From assembly GCA_003344405.1 (NCBI GenBank), contig NOWV01000172.1, positions 124,001 to 169,869 on the forward strand: 45,869 bases of DNA, read 5' to 3'. Position numbers and translations under genes: made by a program. This stretch comes from Trichoplax sp. H2. Its lineage: Eukaryota. Below, one piece after another: positions 1-13,717 of this stretch; the stretch's first letter is position 1; every line of letters starts with the position of its first letter. The notes below the pieces were generated by a model, which had not been told where the DNA came from, searched no databases, and worked only from the letters and a program-made list of their open reading frames with translations.

Positions 1-489
1 AGAAAATAATAATGGAAAATCCAAAGTTAGAAAAGACTAAATTCCGATCAGGTTTCATATCTTTTACTCCAATTAACTATCCTTTATTTACATATATATA
101 TAAATCACTTTATACCCTAATAAATTTATTTTTGGTATTCATCAATATTGTTTCCTAGAAGAACAGGTGAAAGAATTCTTTACTTAATTAATCTCAATCA
201 GAATTTGCATATGCATAAACATGAAAAAGAAGGAATAAAAGCATCCTACATATCTATATAATTTCTATCGCTATACAGTATTTCCTAGAATTACGTGTAT
301 GTAGAAACTGATTCTTTTCAGCACCATCAAAATCGATAGATGCAGAAATCGACACTACTTTAATACAGTACCTAGTAACTACTATAATACGTACTATATA
401 AATGTAATATATTTTCATATACGTTGCAAAATTTAAGTTAATTCTGATCGTAATACAATGATAGAACCAGTATCATATTTTTCAATTAC

Positions 490-3400
490 CACTAAAGATC
501 CAATATATTCTTTAGGGTCGCGAATGTCAACGCGATCATGACCCAATAAGACACTCTTTAAATCAATTCCCCTCTTTCGAACATAATTATACAATTCCCA
601 TTCAGTAACCTATCCAAAAATATAGAATTATGATTTTAATAACGCCAGCTATTAAATTTTATAGAATTATTTTGATTTATTAGCTACTATTACTACTTAT
701 AACGTAATAAAATCAATATAGCCCAGTAAATAAAATTAAAATTCGTGTGCATTTATTCGTAGGAGTACACGAGTAAAGCTTACGAATAAAAATAAAATCG
801 GGGTTACTATTTCTATATGCTACGTAACGTCCAGGAAAAAAAAATAAGATTACTCGTAACTGTAAGATACTGTATATGAGTTGAAACATGAATAGTAAGC
901 TTACCATGCCGTCATCATCAACATTGAGTTGATGTACAAATCTTCCGATCAAAAATTCTCTTGTAGCATCGGAGAATTTAGTTGGATCCTCGCTACATAA
1001 TATTCTTATGTCATCATCAACTAATTCCTCCTAATTAATAGCAATAACCAGACAATTTAATATCGGTCAATTGATATAACCATCCATCTAACTATAAATT
1101 TATATGGTACACGGTATCAATGGAACAGGTAGAGGCTGTATACTGATCACATTGCTAGTCTACACTAATAGTATATCATAAACACTTGAAATATCGAAAG
1201 TAATAAATTTTTGAGCATAGGATGAAATAATTTTAGATTTTGTAGTAGCTCTGATAAATTAATCAAGATAATTAGTACAACTGCAGCATTCCATGATTTA
1301 ATTGCTCATTCCAAATCTATTGATAAAACGAGGCAAAGTTAAAAATAAAGAATCAACCTATCTTGTATCCTATTTACCCGCTAAAAAGTATACTATATTT
1401 ACTAGACACAAACTAATCCTATCATAGTCAGCAGTAACATTTTTCCTTTCACCTGAGTTAGAACACTTTGTACATCAATCACGTCATAATATAATTCTTC
1501 ATATTTCTCCTTACTTTCGCTTAGAACCTATCAATGAAATTACAGTATTTTACAACATCAAATTTACCTTCGATTTATTAAATAGAATTTTAAGTCTATT
1601 ATCTCATCAAATATCGACTGCAGTACCCTTATAAGCAGTGGCATTTTATGCCAGTCTTTCAATACATAAAATATAATCAAATTAAATAGAATTGTAACGC
1701 AATTACCCCTATAACATCTCGAATAATAATTTCCACAGCTTTACTTTTTTGGCCTTGACTTAAGTAAGCCTCCTCCTATCAATTAAAGTAATGCAGCATG
1801 AAACTTTCCATTGAAATAAATATAATAAATTAACAAAATCGGAGGACGACATAGGATGTTCCATGCGATTGTCTCAAACAAGGTATTTTTTTCACATTTT
1901 TACATCAGTTATATCCCAGATGAGAATATCGATACTGGTATGCTTACGAAACTGATAATTTGATCTAGCTATATCTAATCTAGTTACATACCAGCCAATC
2001 TTCAACTTTATCCTCAGATTTATCCTTATTAGTAGGAAATTGGATGTTTTCATCAAGATCTTGCATAAACCCAAGTAATTCTAGCAGAGTAACCTAATTA
2101 AATTGAAAGACCATGTTATATTAACTTAACAAGCTTTTTCTTATTCATGCAATCTGCTAATGGCTAGATATCCATGATACTCATATCTATATATGACAAG
2201 TAGTATCCAAACTCTCCTAATTTGCGATTTCTTTCGCTATCATAAGGTATAAATAATTCATGAACTATTCATAAGCACATAAATCATCGGATAGATATCA
2301 TTAAAGTCCTCAAACTTATATCCACATAAAACTATTATTGACCATATCTTAAAGCAATCCTTATGATTTATCGACGCTTATACCTACTAGAAGACTGCTA
2401 TAAATCTATTTTTAAAACTTTTAGCAACGAAACTGATATTATAAACAGTATTATTCAACCTATAAGTACCGTAACTCTCAGGTTATCATTAGTCTCTATT
2501 TTTCCTTTCATATATTACGAGACTTTACATTGTTGGAATTAATACGCATATAACAGTCCTGGACATTAGATTTTTATAAATCAATGCATACCTTTTTATC
2601 GCCATCAGGGTTAATTTGCTGTAGAAGCTCTACATAACTATTGCATTTGAGTATCCGCAGGGATTTCTTAGGCAGCTAATTAATTAGCATTTAATAAACA
2701 AATTTGATATTAATAATGAATCGGTATCCGGAAATACATTTAGGTCCTTCATTACAACTATAAGGTAGTATAATGTTTATTCTTCATGTTTCAAATATTA
2801 CACTTTCTGATTATTATAAGACGGTTACGTTACGAAAGTCATGCTCGAAATTTACTACTGATTTTAGAAGATTATTATAAGTTATCAAGAAGCTTTGTTC
2901 TACAACTACGGTCTTGATTTATTATCTTAATTAATTAAGGAACATAAATTCCTCATATAATTGCAACCATGAGTTCCCATAAGCATCATTAGTTCTCATC
3001 AAGAAGACTTGATAATAGTATACTATGGGCTGATCGACGTGGTAAACGGGAAATACCTCTTTTATACATTCCTTGACCTTTTCCGTTTCATAACAAATTT
3101 CATCATAAAACTTCGGTTCCTTCTCCCGTAATAACTTTATGAAAGTACCAAAAGCTTCTGATAGATTATGTTTTTTCGTAGCTTCAATGTAGCATTTCAT
3201 TCTAATTTCAAATACAACAACGTAAAATCCATACATAAAGTGAACCCATCGCGCAATAATATATCATATATTTTCCTAGCTTTAATGGTTTTACTATTAC
3301 TTCAAGTAATGGTACAACACTAATAATTACAATAACAATTTTACTAGAATAGCAGAATATGAATAGGATAGGCTATCGTATTGAAATATTCATATTTACT

Positions 3401-6400
3401 ATATTGTAATTTTACACTCTATGCTTAAATCAAGCTTAACCAAATTACTTAGTCTATCAATCAATCAAATAGTTGCAAAATCCTTAGGTTAAATCGCAAC
3501 CATCCATTCATAAATTCATAAAATAGTTGGGGCAGATATACCTCTTCTTCATCCTTTTCTCTTGTGTTTGTTTTAGCCTGTCAATTTGTGTAATGGGCTT
3601 CCTACCAAATAATTTCTGCTCTCTCCTAATTAATTTTTTCCCAAAAATCTCAGGTTCATTTTCTGAAAACTATACAACAATATCCAAATGTTATCAATTT
3701 AAATTTGATTTTCAGTATAATTTAGCTGTAACGTCCTATTCTTAACACCAGCATCTAATATTGTTTATAAGTAGCTTAAGTTAAAAATCCATTTTTATTT
3801 TATAATAAGAAGAGCTATCATCTAGCACAGATATTGCTTTAATCTGGGCTTGTTTGTAATGCAATTGAACTATATATTATTTTAGAGGTTGCTAAAAGGA
3901 ATGATAGCTCTCCTTTGATAAGCTTCAGAGCAGAGTCTATCACATAATTAAGTATTAATTACAAAATGAGGATATCCAAACTTACCAATAGAAAGCCAAT
4001 AGTTTTATTATCTTCCCCTAGTTTAAATCGATCATCTACCTCTCCTGAATTTCCGCTTTGAACTTTACGAAGGAAAGTGTTCTCTTCCTTCATGGATAGC
4101 CACCAACCTAGAAGCCATACAGTGCAATATCCATTATCGATTGATTAAAATATTTTTAGGGCTATTACAAAATATTTAATTGAAATCGATGCAATGCTTC
4201 TTTAATACAAGCTATATTTATGTAAATGCCCATGTTGAAGGCTTTAAAGTTAATAAGGTTTAATGTAATATCTTACTCTAAAAGTTCTATTTGTATGGCT
4301 ACACTAAAAATAATTAAAATTTGATGTGGTAATCAATTTACTTCAAGTTATACATACATGGTTATATCGAAATTTGAATTAAAAGTGAAGCAATATTCCA
4401 TCTACTGCATTTATAACCATGCAGATATAATAGGTTATATCAGGTTGATAGGGCTACTATTTTTTACAAGTTATACGTATTACTAAATTAAATTTGATTA
4501 GCATCGACGTACTATTCTACATACACGTATAGCAATTTATGTTTGTACCGTGATATCGAAAATAGTTAAATTCAATGCGATATCGTATTTCTTAATTATC
4601 ATAAAACAGCTGAGTACAGTACCTACCATCGAACACATGAATTGGATAGTTACATACTAATCCACCATCAGTATAAATATCGTTGAATGTTGCTCCTTTT
4701 TCCCAATTACCACAGCAGCAACAACAAAATAGGCATCGTATACATTTAAAAGTCGATTCTCGTCTTTCTTCTTCTTTCGACAGATCTTGTCGTTTATACT
4801 TTGCTCTCGTAAAATAGCCTGTAAAGCATCGTATGCAATGCATGCATTAGTCAAGCCTTAAATATATTCATTATCTTAAGACTAATGTTATTTACCTAGG
4901 GTTTGCTTGATAACATATCGCTTACTATTTTATGTGGAGCTATCATTGTATACGGCAGTAATTTATGTTACTGTATCATATTTTTGTCCTCTATGGATAC
5001 CGAACTTAATAGAAATGAAATTCTTGCCTAAAAACCTCATTACTGCATTCCTTTTTAAATGATTATACGTAGTGATAACTTTTTTGTCAAGTCATGAATA
5101 TTAGGTTTATTTGATATTTAAATCATAAATTGACGTTCGCAGAGAAATTTTGTATAAGTTAGTTAAGCTATTAGCTGCTAATTTGTGATACACGAGAAAG
5201 ATATATAACCATCAGCAAAGTAAAAATCATAAAGCTGCCCTACCAGCACAGAAACTACAGCATCATTATTAGAATGTATGATTAAGCATCAAGGATTCGT
5301 TGTATAAGTTGATTGATAACGGTTCAAGACTGTTTAAGGAAAACTTTTTCAGCTACAGCCCACAGCCCTCAAGCACATCAAATGACTTGCTAATAATATG
5401 TAGTACTGTAAAGCTCAGTACAATAATATGCATTTATTACTGAATGATAGATAATATTATAGAGCTCGGACACTAATTAAAGTTATACTCTCTTATTAGC
5501 TTTGGCTACTTCAACATGATACTTCCAAGTTTTTTATTAATATTACGTCTGATCAATTGCCCGTACCTGGTAGTGACATGGACATTCTAACTGCTTTATA
5601 GATTGGTATGTGAGGAGTTGTTTTCGGATGAAAATATTCCGCATCTAATCGATTTAAATTGGTAGCTAAAACACATAGTTCGATGCCGGTATCGTCATAA
5701 AGCTATGATAAAGGAAAGAAATAAAGCAAAGGAATTCAAAATCAGATCTGAAATGTAGCAGATTTAAATAATTTTGAATATGAAATTGCCTTTTGATAAT
5801 TTTTAAGTATTTTCTATACTTTTATCAAGTGCTAATTACAGCAAATATATATAATCAACATTTTACAGTTACCTCACGAAAGGTTAAATCGAATTTCCTG
5901 TTATCCTGACTCAGATACGGACCCTCTGCTAATTTTCGTTGAAACCACTTTTCTAAACGCCCACCGGGATTCCAGCCATATCGTAAGATTAAATTTGGCA
6001 AGCAACATATTTTCCCGCGCCAATCATCTGCACTCAATCATACCGAGTAAGAAGCAATTCCGAATAAAATAAAGGAAGATGGAGTAAGAACAAAGATTCA
6101 TAAAGAACGATAAAGCGCATACACTGTCACGGTTTTAATATAATGCTGTTAATCAAGAATTTACCTTTAATAACTCTCTTGATCGTATCACCTTCAAGAG
6201 TATTAGCAATCTCGTCAACACTGAAACCAACTGCTAGCAGAGCAACCAGCATGGCGCCAGCACTCGCCCCAGCATAGCGACGAATCTTAGGTTTACCATC
6301 TGCTTCTTTAAATAATTCTAACCTGTTTAACACCTTCAGAATACAACAAAAGTAATTCAAAATAAAAAAAGCAGTCCGTTAATATGTCCAAACCATCACG

Positions 6401-7493
6401 AACACCTGTTGAAATGAAGGAATATATGTACAGGTGGCTTAAGCACTTAATATAATCGTTTACGGAAATAAATGCAGATTTGTAAATAATAAATATCGTA
6501 AATTAATTAAATCTGTTTACCATTTTTGAAAGTTTATACGATCTAATTACTTTAGCTCTGTAGATAAGAAGACGACAGTTTTGGACTCATGTGTGTGAGT
6601 ATGTAAACTTTACAGCTAATAAAATTAAAAATAAACTGTGCTATATGGGTAAATGGTACGTATGACAACAAAGCGACAATCTTTATAGTTGTTTTCGTTT
6701 AAGTAAGATTAATCATCATATTGTTTAAATTCATTCAGCGTTATCTCATTAAAATAAACGTAAAATTACACCAGACTTTTACTGCTCAGGATTTACTCAT
6801 TTTAACTATTGTCAATTTAAAGCGGTTACCTCTGATTATACCTTAAGATTTAAATAAGTTTTATACTAATGCAACATAAGCCAGAAATCGTTTTACCTTA
6901 TTAAGATCTAACTTCAGGTAATTAAATTTAGTCACTAAATCTAGCTCCACATATTAACATGTTGAAGAAGCACAAAACGATCTCAGACTCTAATTAATGA
7001 TGAGTTAGTCCTTTCGCCAAACTTAGCGTTAAATAATCATCCTAAATTACGTTATGCTACCGTAACTGTAAATTTTTAGCAATTACCGTTGACGATACTA
7101 ACCTTAAAGCCAGAGAAAAAGTATCACGAACGATAAATCGCAATGTATAATTACAATTAAATGATTAACACCTTCCTATATGTTACTCCCCAGTCATTGA
7201 TTTATTACCTTAATCTCTTTCTATTTTTGTCTTATATTTTAAATGTATCAACGTCTTGCTATTAAAAACGCCCTTATTTAATTTTTCGTATACGGTAAAA
7301 TAATCATCATGGTACCACGACTAACCTGTAAAGCTCCAACATAAGCCATTCCTTTGACTCCTCCGCCTTCGAATACCAAATTCTCGAATGGAACTCTAGA
7401 AATAGAATGTTCTTCTATCAAAGCATCCAGTTGTGCTTTTAACAATTGGAGTTGTAACTCCTCTTCTTCTTCCCAAATATCGAGTAAGCTCAT
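490..7493 (-). CDS. Patatin-like phospholipase A (ExoU/VipD-like subfamily) with Cys-string insert and two EF-hand-like loops; multi-exon, 3' end beyond the left window edge
   Basis: Phase-consistent GT-AG exons: 7326-7493, 6165-6333, 5873-6027, 5567-5702, 4627-4818, 3986-4107, 3542-3669, 3057-3201, 2592-2675, 1992-2093, 1707-1775, 1453-1527, 905-1030, 490-609. Motifs: ENLVFEGGGVKGMAYVGAL (oxyanion loop), AGASAG (nucleophile Ser), AVRMSMSLPGYF, YTDGGLVCNYP (catalytic Asp), INPDGDKKVTLLE and LNVDDDGMVTEWE. The last three exons seen in the paralog are not in the window. Confidence 0.92.
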
Positions 7494-10400
7494 ATTAGCA
7501 ACTGGCGAGTTAGTGGAGCTTTTCCTTTAACGATTGGAGTAAAGAAGCACAAAAAATTCAGAAACCAGTTAATTTTTATTTTACTGGTGTGAGCAAGATA
7601 TCTGCTGATTAGATCTTACAGAATAAGACTAAATAAATTTCTGATCTGATAAACTACAAGAATCTCACTCATATTCCAATACAAGCAATAAATCAACTAA
7701 GAAAGACCAAAATATTGTACAACATATTGAATGATTCAAATTTAAATACGACCCGACCCCTCTTTCTTAAAATGATATTACGGTCATAGTAATAATATCT
7801 TGCCATCATCTTGTATATTATTAACTCTTTATAAATCAGGTCAAATACCAATATAAACTAGAGAAACATCGCGTTTTCCAATTTTCCTGATCATAGCACC
7901 TACTTCGCAGTGGGCTTTAATCAAAATATGAAAACACGCCTGACAATAAGAATATCATACTTAACTATTATTTCCGTATCTTCTTACCAATCTTATCTTT
8001 AATTAAAACTATTAAAGATTACTTGCTAGATGCTCTATGTTTCTAATTAAATAATTCAATAGCTTTTGTATTCTAATATATAGAAGCACAAATAAAACGA
8101 GCCGGTACTATTGCACTGCAATAGTAATAGTGTAGGAAAGCTGTTTATTTAATACCATGATCTACGATAAAGGCATATTCTGAAATCTTTAATCTTATTG
8201 CTTAATATGTAGCTAGTTTCTAGAACGATCAAAAACTACCGTATTACTTTCCCTTAGGGATTCAGTTAAAATTATAAAATTGGAAAGAGCTCAACTTAGT
8301 GCTATAGCAACTTTAGAATAAACACTACCAGAAAATGATTCTTATTCAACATCATGATATGCCATAATGACAAGTTTTTTATCCTGTAATTATGATTTGT
8401 TAATTCAAGCTAAGGGGATAGAGAGCTGTTATTTTCTTTGAATTTAGCTATTAATTACCCAATCGAATACTATACAATCATGAAAGTAGATAAAAAATGG
8501 AAAATTGATTAAAAATGCAGCACTAGATCAAGCTAAAATGACAAAGGCTTCATCTCAATTATAGGACCAATAACTGCATTCTTAAAACAATCAAGATTGG
8601 CAATTTTTATCATTTTTTTCATGAGTTATCATCTTATGTATGTAATACTATAACTCTATTACAAATTACTCTCGATCGGATAGCATAGGATCACAAAAGT
8701 AAATGATGTAAGAAACAATTATTATTTAACACCATGGAAAGCTTGAAATAGTAAAGATTTCAATCTTATAAATATGATCTGCCAGTTCATTCTTAAAACG
8801 AAGATATTTCACTACTCTTAGCATTTTCTAGGTAGTTGCTGGGTATCATTTTATGTGTCTTTTATCAATAGAAGACTAGAAATTACGGTACGCCCGATCC
8901 GGCATCTCAGAATCATTAAAGTAAATAATATTGGAAAAGGATTTTTATTCACAGCATAACACATTAATGATAGTATGAACTTCTTTTCTATGGTTATCAC
9001 AAAGAACCTCGCTGTAAAATAATGAAGATTTGTTGTCTTCACCTTTTTCTTGCGATAATTATTATCTTTCAGGAATTTTATGTAGATATGGATTGCATCG
9101 ATTTTATTTGTTATCATTCATTATTTAATTATCTAATTTTTAACATTGCTACAACATTGCTACTCATCGAACCGCCCTAATACTGTATGTCAGCGTGCAT
9201 GCTAAGAGATATAACTTACGAGTTTGCTATAATATCGTCGTTTCTCTCCTATATGATCTACTGTACTAGACTCAATTAACATGGGATTGGATCTAAACCT
9301 ATTCTATTTTAAGCCTATCGATGAAATCATCTATTTCGTATTACCCTCTACAACTAATGATCGTATTTGACCTGAAAGACATGGAGTAAAGGTAAGTACC
9401 CTAAATTCAAGTTCATTCTATACAGAAACACACCCTTAACATTATCAATTTCCACATTGATAGCTTAAGAGTCACTCTTGAATAAATTTTTATCAAATTG
9501 TAACTAGCAGTACTATCAGCCCGTAGCCAAAGTAAGATTTTTTAACAAGTACTAATTACTTTTATAATCTATGTTGAACAACGCTCGCGATCAGAATTAT
9601 TAATTCAAATCTTCTTGATGAGACAAACTGATCTACCCTATCAATGATCTAGACTTTATAACTGGCGTTACTTATAAATAATTATCAACAACAACTGTCA
9701 TTAAAGTAGGTATGATCATCTGATATTCATTGATAATTTTGAAGTCAGTCATCAATCCAGCAATCTACTTATTTTTGCGCAAGGTATCCATTAAGGTAAT
9801 ACAAGTTAATACGAGTAATACTTGATTCATTAATAACTTAAAATCGATTTGCTTGACTCATTTGCATCAACTAATTAATCAATTCGGCTGCTTAAATATT
9901 ATATCACTTGGATTTCTGTAATCATGACAGTAAGAAATAATCGAGTCAACTTGTTAGCTCGCACCTCACGCATTAAATAAATGAAACAGCCTACTCATTT
10001 TACAGTAGAGCAAGAGTCAACATATCACGGATTCAATACTTGAACAAATTTTAGTTGAATATTCCTTAAAATCCGTTGGCTAACCTGTTGAATCAATCAT
10101 GGAACGATGTAATCGCAAAAATAAGAATATGAGTCGACAATTAAAAATTGGGACGGTTAGCTATCAAGTACAGTAAAGCAATTTTAGCTTACTGGCTTCT
10201 GCCTATACGTTCAATCATACTTAAAATCAATCGGATTTAGAACAATGTACTTATTTTAAGATAAGAGTCATCAAGACTAACGGTTTAATAAACCTTGATT
10301 CAAAATAGCCTTAGAATCCCATTCGTTTTAAACTAACTCAAAGTATTGGTCAGCCTTTCTCGATGATTTAAAATTATCATGATCAGATATTAAATTATAT

Positions 10401-11454
10401 CATTTTAACTCAATTTGGATTTTCTTCTGCTACATTCAACGACTACAATTCTTAATTTAGATGTCTACTTTGGAACCAGCATACCTTGAATTCTCCAGAA
10501 TTAATAGATCGTGACGATAAATATCAGGAAAAGGCGTAGATCAACTTTGTTCTTGGTATTCTAATAAAGGCTAATGGAATTGTAAATACATATATCAAGA
10601 TACCAATCTAATCCAATGCTCCGATTTCTCGATTTGGTTTAAGCGAAGCTACTGTAGAAGCATGGAAATTGCTATAGATATTTATATATGCCGCTAAGCA
10701 GTTTGTGAAAAGTTATTCATGCTAATTAGACATTAATGAGAAAGAGGGAAGAGTCCTAGTCTTTGTCTGTCTTTTAGCTAATTACTATGCAATGTTCTAT
10801 CAGTCATTTTCTGCTTAAGGTTGGGCAACCAAACAATACTGAATGCTTATTTTGAATAACATAATTACTCATCAATAAAGGCAAACAATATGCCACAAGA
10901 ATAGCGCCTGTTAGCGACGGTAAATTGAGTTCTTTCTATATGGTCTAAATTGGCAAGCTCTACTATTATCCTTGAATAAAGGAGTGGCCTCGAATATAAT
11001 ACTGTGGAAAATGATCCATAAATGAATCTACTATCATCGTTACAACAGTTGCTTATGATGATAAATGATATTCTAAAGTACTTTTAAGTCGATCTGATCA
11101 ACGCGTATGATTTGTATCCTTACTTTTAAGTCAAATGATGGATACCCTCTCGCATCAGAATGTACTATTGTATGTTTTAACTTTCATTTAACATGGCATG
11201 ATGATTGATAGAAAATTAATAAGAGATGTTGGTCAGTAATCTAAGTGTCAGTAGTTAATAGATGTTAGATACACTGATGCGTCCAATGAAAAGTCATCGA
11301 GTAGTAGACAAAACTAGTAGTCAGATAGAATATTCTTAACATCCTTGTAGACTAACGTCATGAAATCCCTTAATTCTATTTATCGGTTAGGGAGAGCTGT
11401 AACTGATAGTTAAAAGTATGTAAGAAGTTAATGAATCAATTTCAGCTTCCTCAC

Positions 11455-12062
11455 GCCTTTGATAATCATTTTAGGCTTGGACAACAAATTTGTTTGTCGT
11501 ACTAAGTCAGCAATTCGCTTCTTGCTGTAGTTTTAGACTATAACGTATGTAAAGTTGGACTGTGATATCGTATTCGTTCCATTGAAAGTTGTATTAGCGG
11601 AAAGAAAGGCTAACTGGTCAGAGTGGCAGTTGAATAGATCTACACTCCTTAATACTCACAATACATCAATAACTAGATATACTACTGTATATAGTGTAAT
11701 GCTGTAGTTCTATTTCGATTAGAGTATGATAGAATTAGGTGGAATTGAATTTAAAATATTGCTCATAGAGAATTAGAAGCTATTACAAAGACGCAATACT
11801 ACTAGTTATTTGCCGGGATTACAAAATTTGTAATATATTAGCCGATAGTTAACATTTACTTATGGCTGTAGTACCCTCTAAAATTAGTAATCCTGTCGAT
11901 TTTAATATGCAAAACACAGGATAATTCATGAAATTTTTCCCGCATTGTATCGATACTGAATGAGCTTTTATATTCTGGGGTCTCCATATTAATGTCGCCA
12001 ATTAATCTACTATCAATGAGATCAAGTTTTCTCGCCTTGCTAGGATTCTTACGTGAGTACAT
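11455..12062 (-). CDS. Possible orphan spliced gene fragment (two exons)
   Basis: ORF 12062-11860 ends at a phase-2 AA|GTAAAT donor that joins in frame to a CTACAG acceptor exon, 11524-11455 (NKKRIADLVRQTNLLSKPKMIIKG|GTGAG). No recognisable homology. Confidence 0.3.
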
Positions 12063-13717
12063 TGCCCTTTTATTCGTTTAAGTGATATTAATAAAAAATC
12101 TGCGTGCGTCGTTATGATCTCAAACTTAAATAGCTGTTTAAGGATGATTTAGGATTTTAAAATATCTATGAGCTAGTCAATAGCTCTGTAGAATATGAAT
12201 TGTTATGATACCCCGATATTTGTAATAGTAAGATTGCATTTAAATATTCAATTACTGTAGTCATCTAGTCAGCAAAGATCAATTTTGAATTTAATTGAAG
12301 ATCTTAATAAGCAGCATAAAATAGAAAGCACGCTATTAGCATTCTTACTCTTTATACGTATTCCACTTCATATTCATACAATTACAGTATTATTTGCTGA
12401 GGAATATTTACCCTGATGCAGACTTACCATAATGCTATATCTTGTAAATGGTTAATCCTACTTTAGGAATACTCGCATACTCACAGAAATTAATTCTAGT
12501 CTTATGTGTAATGTAAGGAAAAGGTTTATTACCGTAAGATCTGAAATCAACACTGGAATAACTGTATCAGGTAAACATAATATACAATTGTTATATTGAG
12601 CAAGTCGACAGGCCGAAAGGTTTCAACCCGCTCGACAGTAGTGCAAATCTAATGTAGATCGTAAGCATAAATATAAAGCAAAAATGAAAGCAAGCAAAGA
12701 TAAATGTTCAACTTATGCACTGGCTTTATACTATCTAATTACGTTATAAGATACCAATTTATTTCACTGCCACGTATTAATAGTTTTAGGCTTTCTGACT
12801 GATTTAGAGAATATCCAAGCCGAAATATAATTTCTATAAAGACTGTACTACGCTTTTCCCAGTTAACCAGTAAATCACCAGATGAAAGCGAAATCAATGA
12901 GCGGTAGTAATGTCTTTACGTCATTAAAGTATTTTGTCATCTGAGAATATCTTAAGTGCTTGAGCTGATACTATTATGATGTAGCACCTATATTTAGCAG
13001 TTACATGACAGCTATACAAGATTCCTTATTCCAACATCATCACATTAATATTACAGGGTTTCTTTCTTTATTTCTCTCTATCTTTAACGGGTAACAGTAC
13101 TACGTAATCATTTATTATTGGAGATAGTAACAAAATCTTAGAAACGCATTACGGGGACTTACAATTAGTATTAGTAGTACAAGTAGATTGCTTCGCATAA
13201 CATCTAGCTTAAACCTATAATAAAAATTTGATTCTTTAATTACACATTATTACAGTATTGCCAAAAGCGACAACCCTCTGATAAATCACATACGGGAAAT
13301 CGTATTAATATACCGTTTTATATATCAATGTAAATATTCACATATTCTCATATTTATAAATGTTTCGGACTGTAGCTGCAACACTCTAAATAGCACTATA
13401 CTTTTGATTCCGTAACGCAGACTATACTTCATTGTAGATACAACAGAATGAGTTATAATATTAGTGGATATTAAGATTATATCTATTCGGTTACGGCTTG
13501 TACGATGTACTGTAACCCTTATGGCTGAACCTGTAAGTGTTAGTATTACTACTAGATACTATCGAATACTGAATTCATTTCTTTAATAATTTGATCTTCC
13601 AATCAGGCCTACTACGAAAGAATTTAAATTACCATACAATACGGAATAGTCTTGGAAAGTCCCATATGCAAACTTTTTATCATAATTCTGCCACTGTTTC
13701 ATCACCACAGCAAATGC

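Noticed and set aside
12604-12640. Short GC-rich hairpin with GAAA loop (possible structured RNA)
   Set aside because: The stem is too short and there is no ribozyme, tRNA or snoRNA consensus around it.
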